Shown: positions 24,202 to 24,736 of the stretch, piece by piece
How the letters are laid out: each line of letters starts with the position of its first letter
Position numbering within the stretch: position 1 is the stretch's first letter
The notes under the pieces: generated by a model
Databases searched by the model: none
What the model was told of the DNA's origin: nothing
The model's input: only the letters and a program-made list of their open reading frames with translations
Virus record (IMG/VR): IMGVR_UViG_3300038675_000170
Coordinates: 1-24,736 of that record
Source of the DNA: a virus
Lineage: Duplodnaviria; Caudoviricetes
DNA: 24,736 nt
Direction: 5' to 3' (one strand)
Program-made: the position numbers and the translations under genes

Positions 24202-24736
24202 ATGATCACTACCTTCCCCGCGTACCTAAGATCAGGATCTTCTGGAACTCTGAACGAAACGTCGCCGTTTGCTGCTACAAGAACTCTGTCCGGCATTACA
24301 GCTATCTGATCCGTGCCGTCGGTTTCGTAGAACTCGGTGTTTGGACTCGTCCCTCTGCCGTGCGTGGCTGCTGTTATGGTTATTGTGTAATACCCGCCCG
24401 CGGCTGCTCCCCAATCGGTTGTTGCGTCATGGGTCGTGGTGTACCGGCTGGCCACCACCTCGCCGGGGTCGTCGAGCTTTACAACGTGCCACGTGCCGTC
24501 CGCATCGCTGTTATCAAGCAATACGAACTGATACGCCTCGCCTGCGGGAACGGCTTTTATGGTATCTCCTGCGGTATCGTCCTTGACCGTTATGGCTTCG
24601 GCTCCGCTTGCATAAACTACCACAGCCCATCCGTTAGGAAGAGTCGTAGCGTCCGGCAATGTGCAGTCCTGAGCCGCGGCTGCACTTAGCGACTGCCAGT
24701 AAGCGGAATGCCTCGTGAGCACCTCAGTTCCAGTGA
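24198..24736 (-). CDS. Virion structural/fibre-type protein, 5' end cut by window edge
   Basis: Frame open to the edge; Ala/Thr/Gly-rich beta pattern CTLPDATTLPNGWAVVV and C-terminal ITAATHGRG domain. Confidence 0.7.
   Translation of the reverse strand, partial: TGTEVLTRHSAYWQSLSAAAAQDCTLPDATTLPNGWAVVVYASGAEAITVKDDTAGDTIKAVPAGEAYQFVLLDNSDADGTWHVVKLDDPGEVVASRYTTTHDATTDWGAAAGGYYTITITAATHGRGTSPNTEFYETDGTDQIAVMPDRVLVAANGDVSFRVPEDPDLRYAGKVVII

Larger units (their letters stand above)
1..24736 (-). mobile_element. Tailed dsDNA phage/prophage fragment (contractile tail), late structural module plus replication/recombination module
   Basis: Co-oriented, tightly packed minus-strand genes with many ATGA overlaps; sheath, tube, tape measure, baseplate, endolysin, O-like initiator, SSB and SbcCD. 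No integrase, att site or host gene is in the window, so prophage status cannot be decided. Confidence 0.97.

Noticed and set aside
350-24689. Numerous plus-strand ORFs in the six-frame track
   Set aside because: They lie antisense to well-supported minus-strand genes and show no recognisable motifs; treated as shadow ORFs.
1-24736. Stop-codon reassignment, diversity-generating retroelement or retron
   Set aside because: Conserved genes are intact in the standard code with TAA, TGA and TAG all used as stops; no reverse transcriptase or TR/VR pair was seen.

Overview
A fragment of a tailed dsDNA phage or prophage with a contractile (myovirus-type) tail; essentially all genes are on the minus strand. 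In transcription order (right to left): fibre-like proteins including an 871-aa LVIVD beta-propeller protein, an amidase endolysin, head-tail connector genes, sheath, tube, an inserted KKN-repeat protein, a tail chaperone with a -1 slippery site, tape measure, baseplate hub and spike genes, and a holin-like gene ending at a structured 3' RNA and terminator (about 10032-10160). A sigma70-promoted replication/recombination region follows: lambda O-like initiator with iterons, ParB-methyltransferase, SSB, RHH protein, phiC31 Gp3-like protein, SbcD/SbcC and small accessory ORFs. The most notable signal is the structured RNA at the end of the late operon. Its hairpin loop is nearly perfectly antisense (21/23 nt) to the RBS and start codon of the Gp3-like gene 3.4 kb away, and perfectly antisense (11 nt) to the sbcD RBS, suggesting an undescribed late-to-early antisense switch. 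All family assignments come from motif recognition and synteny by eye, not database searches.
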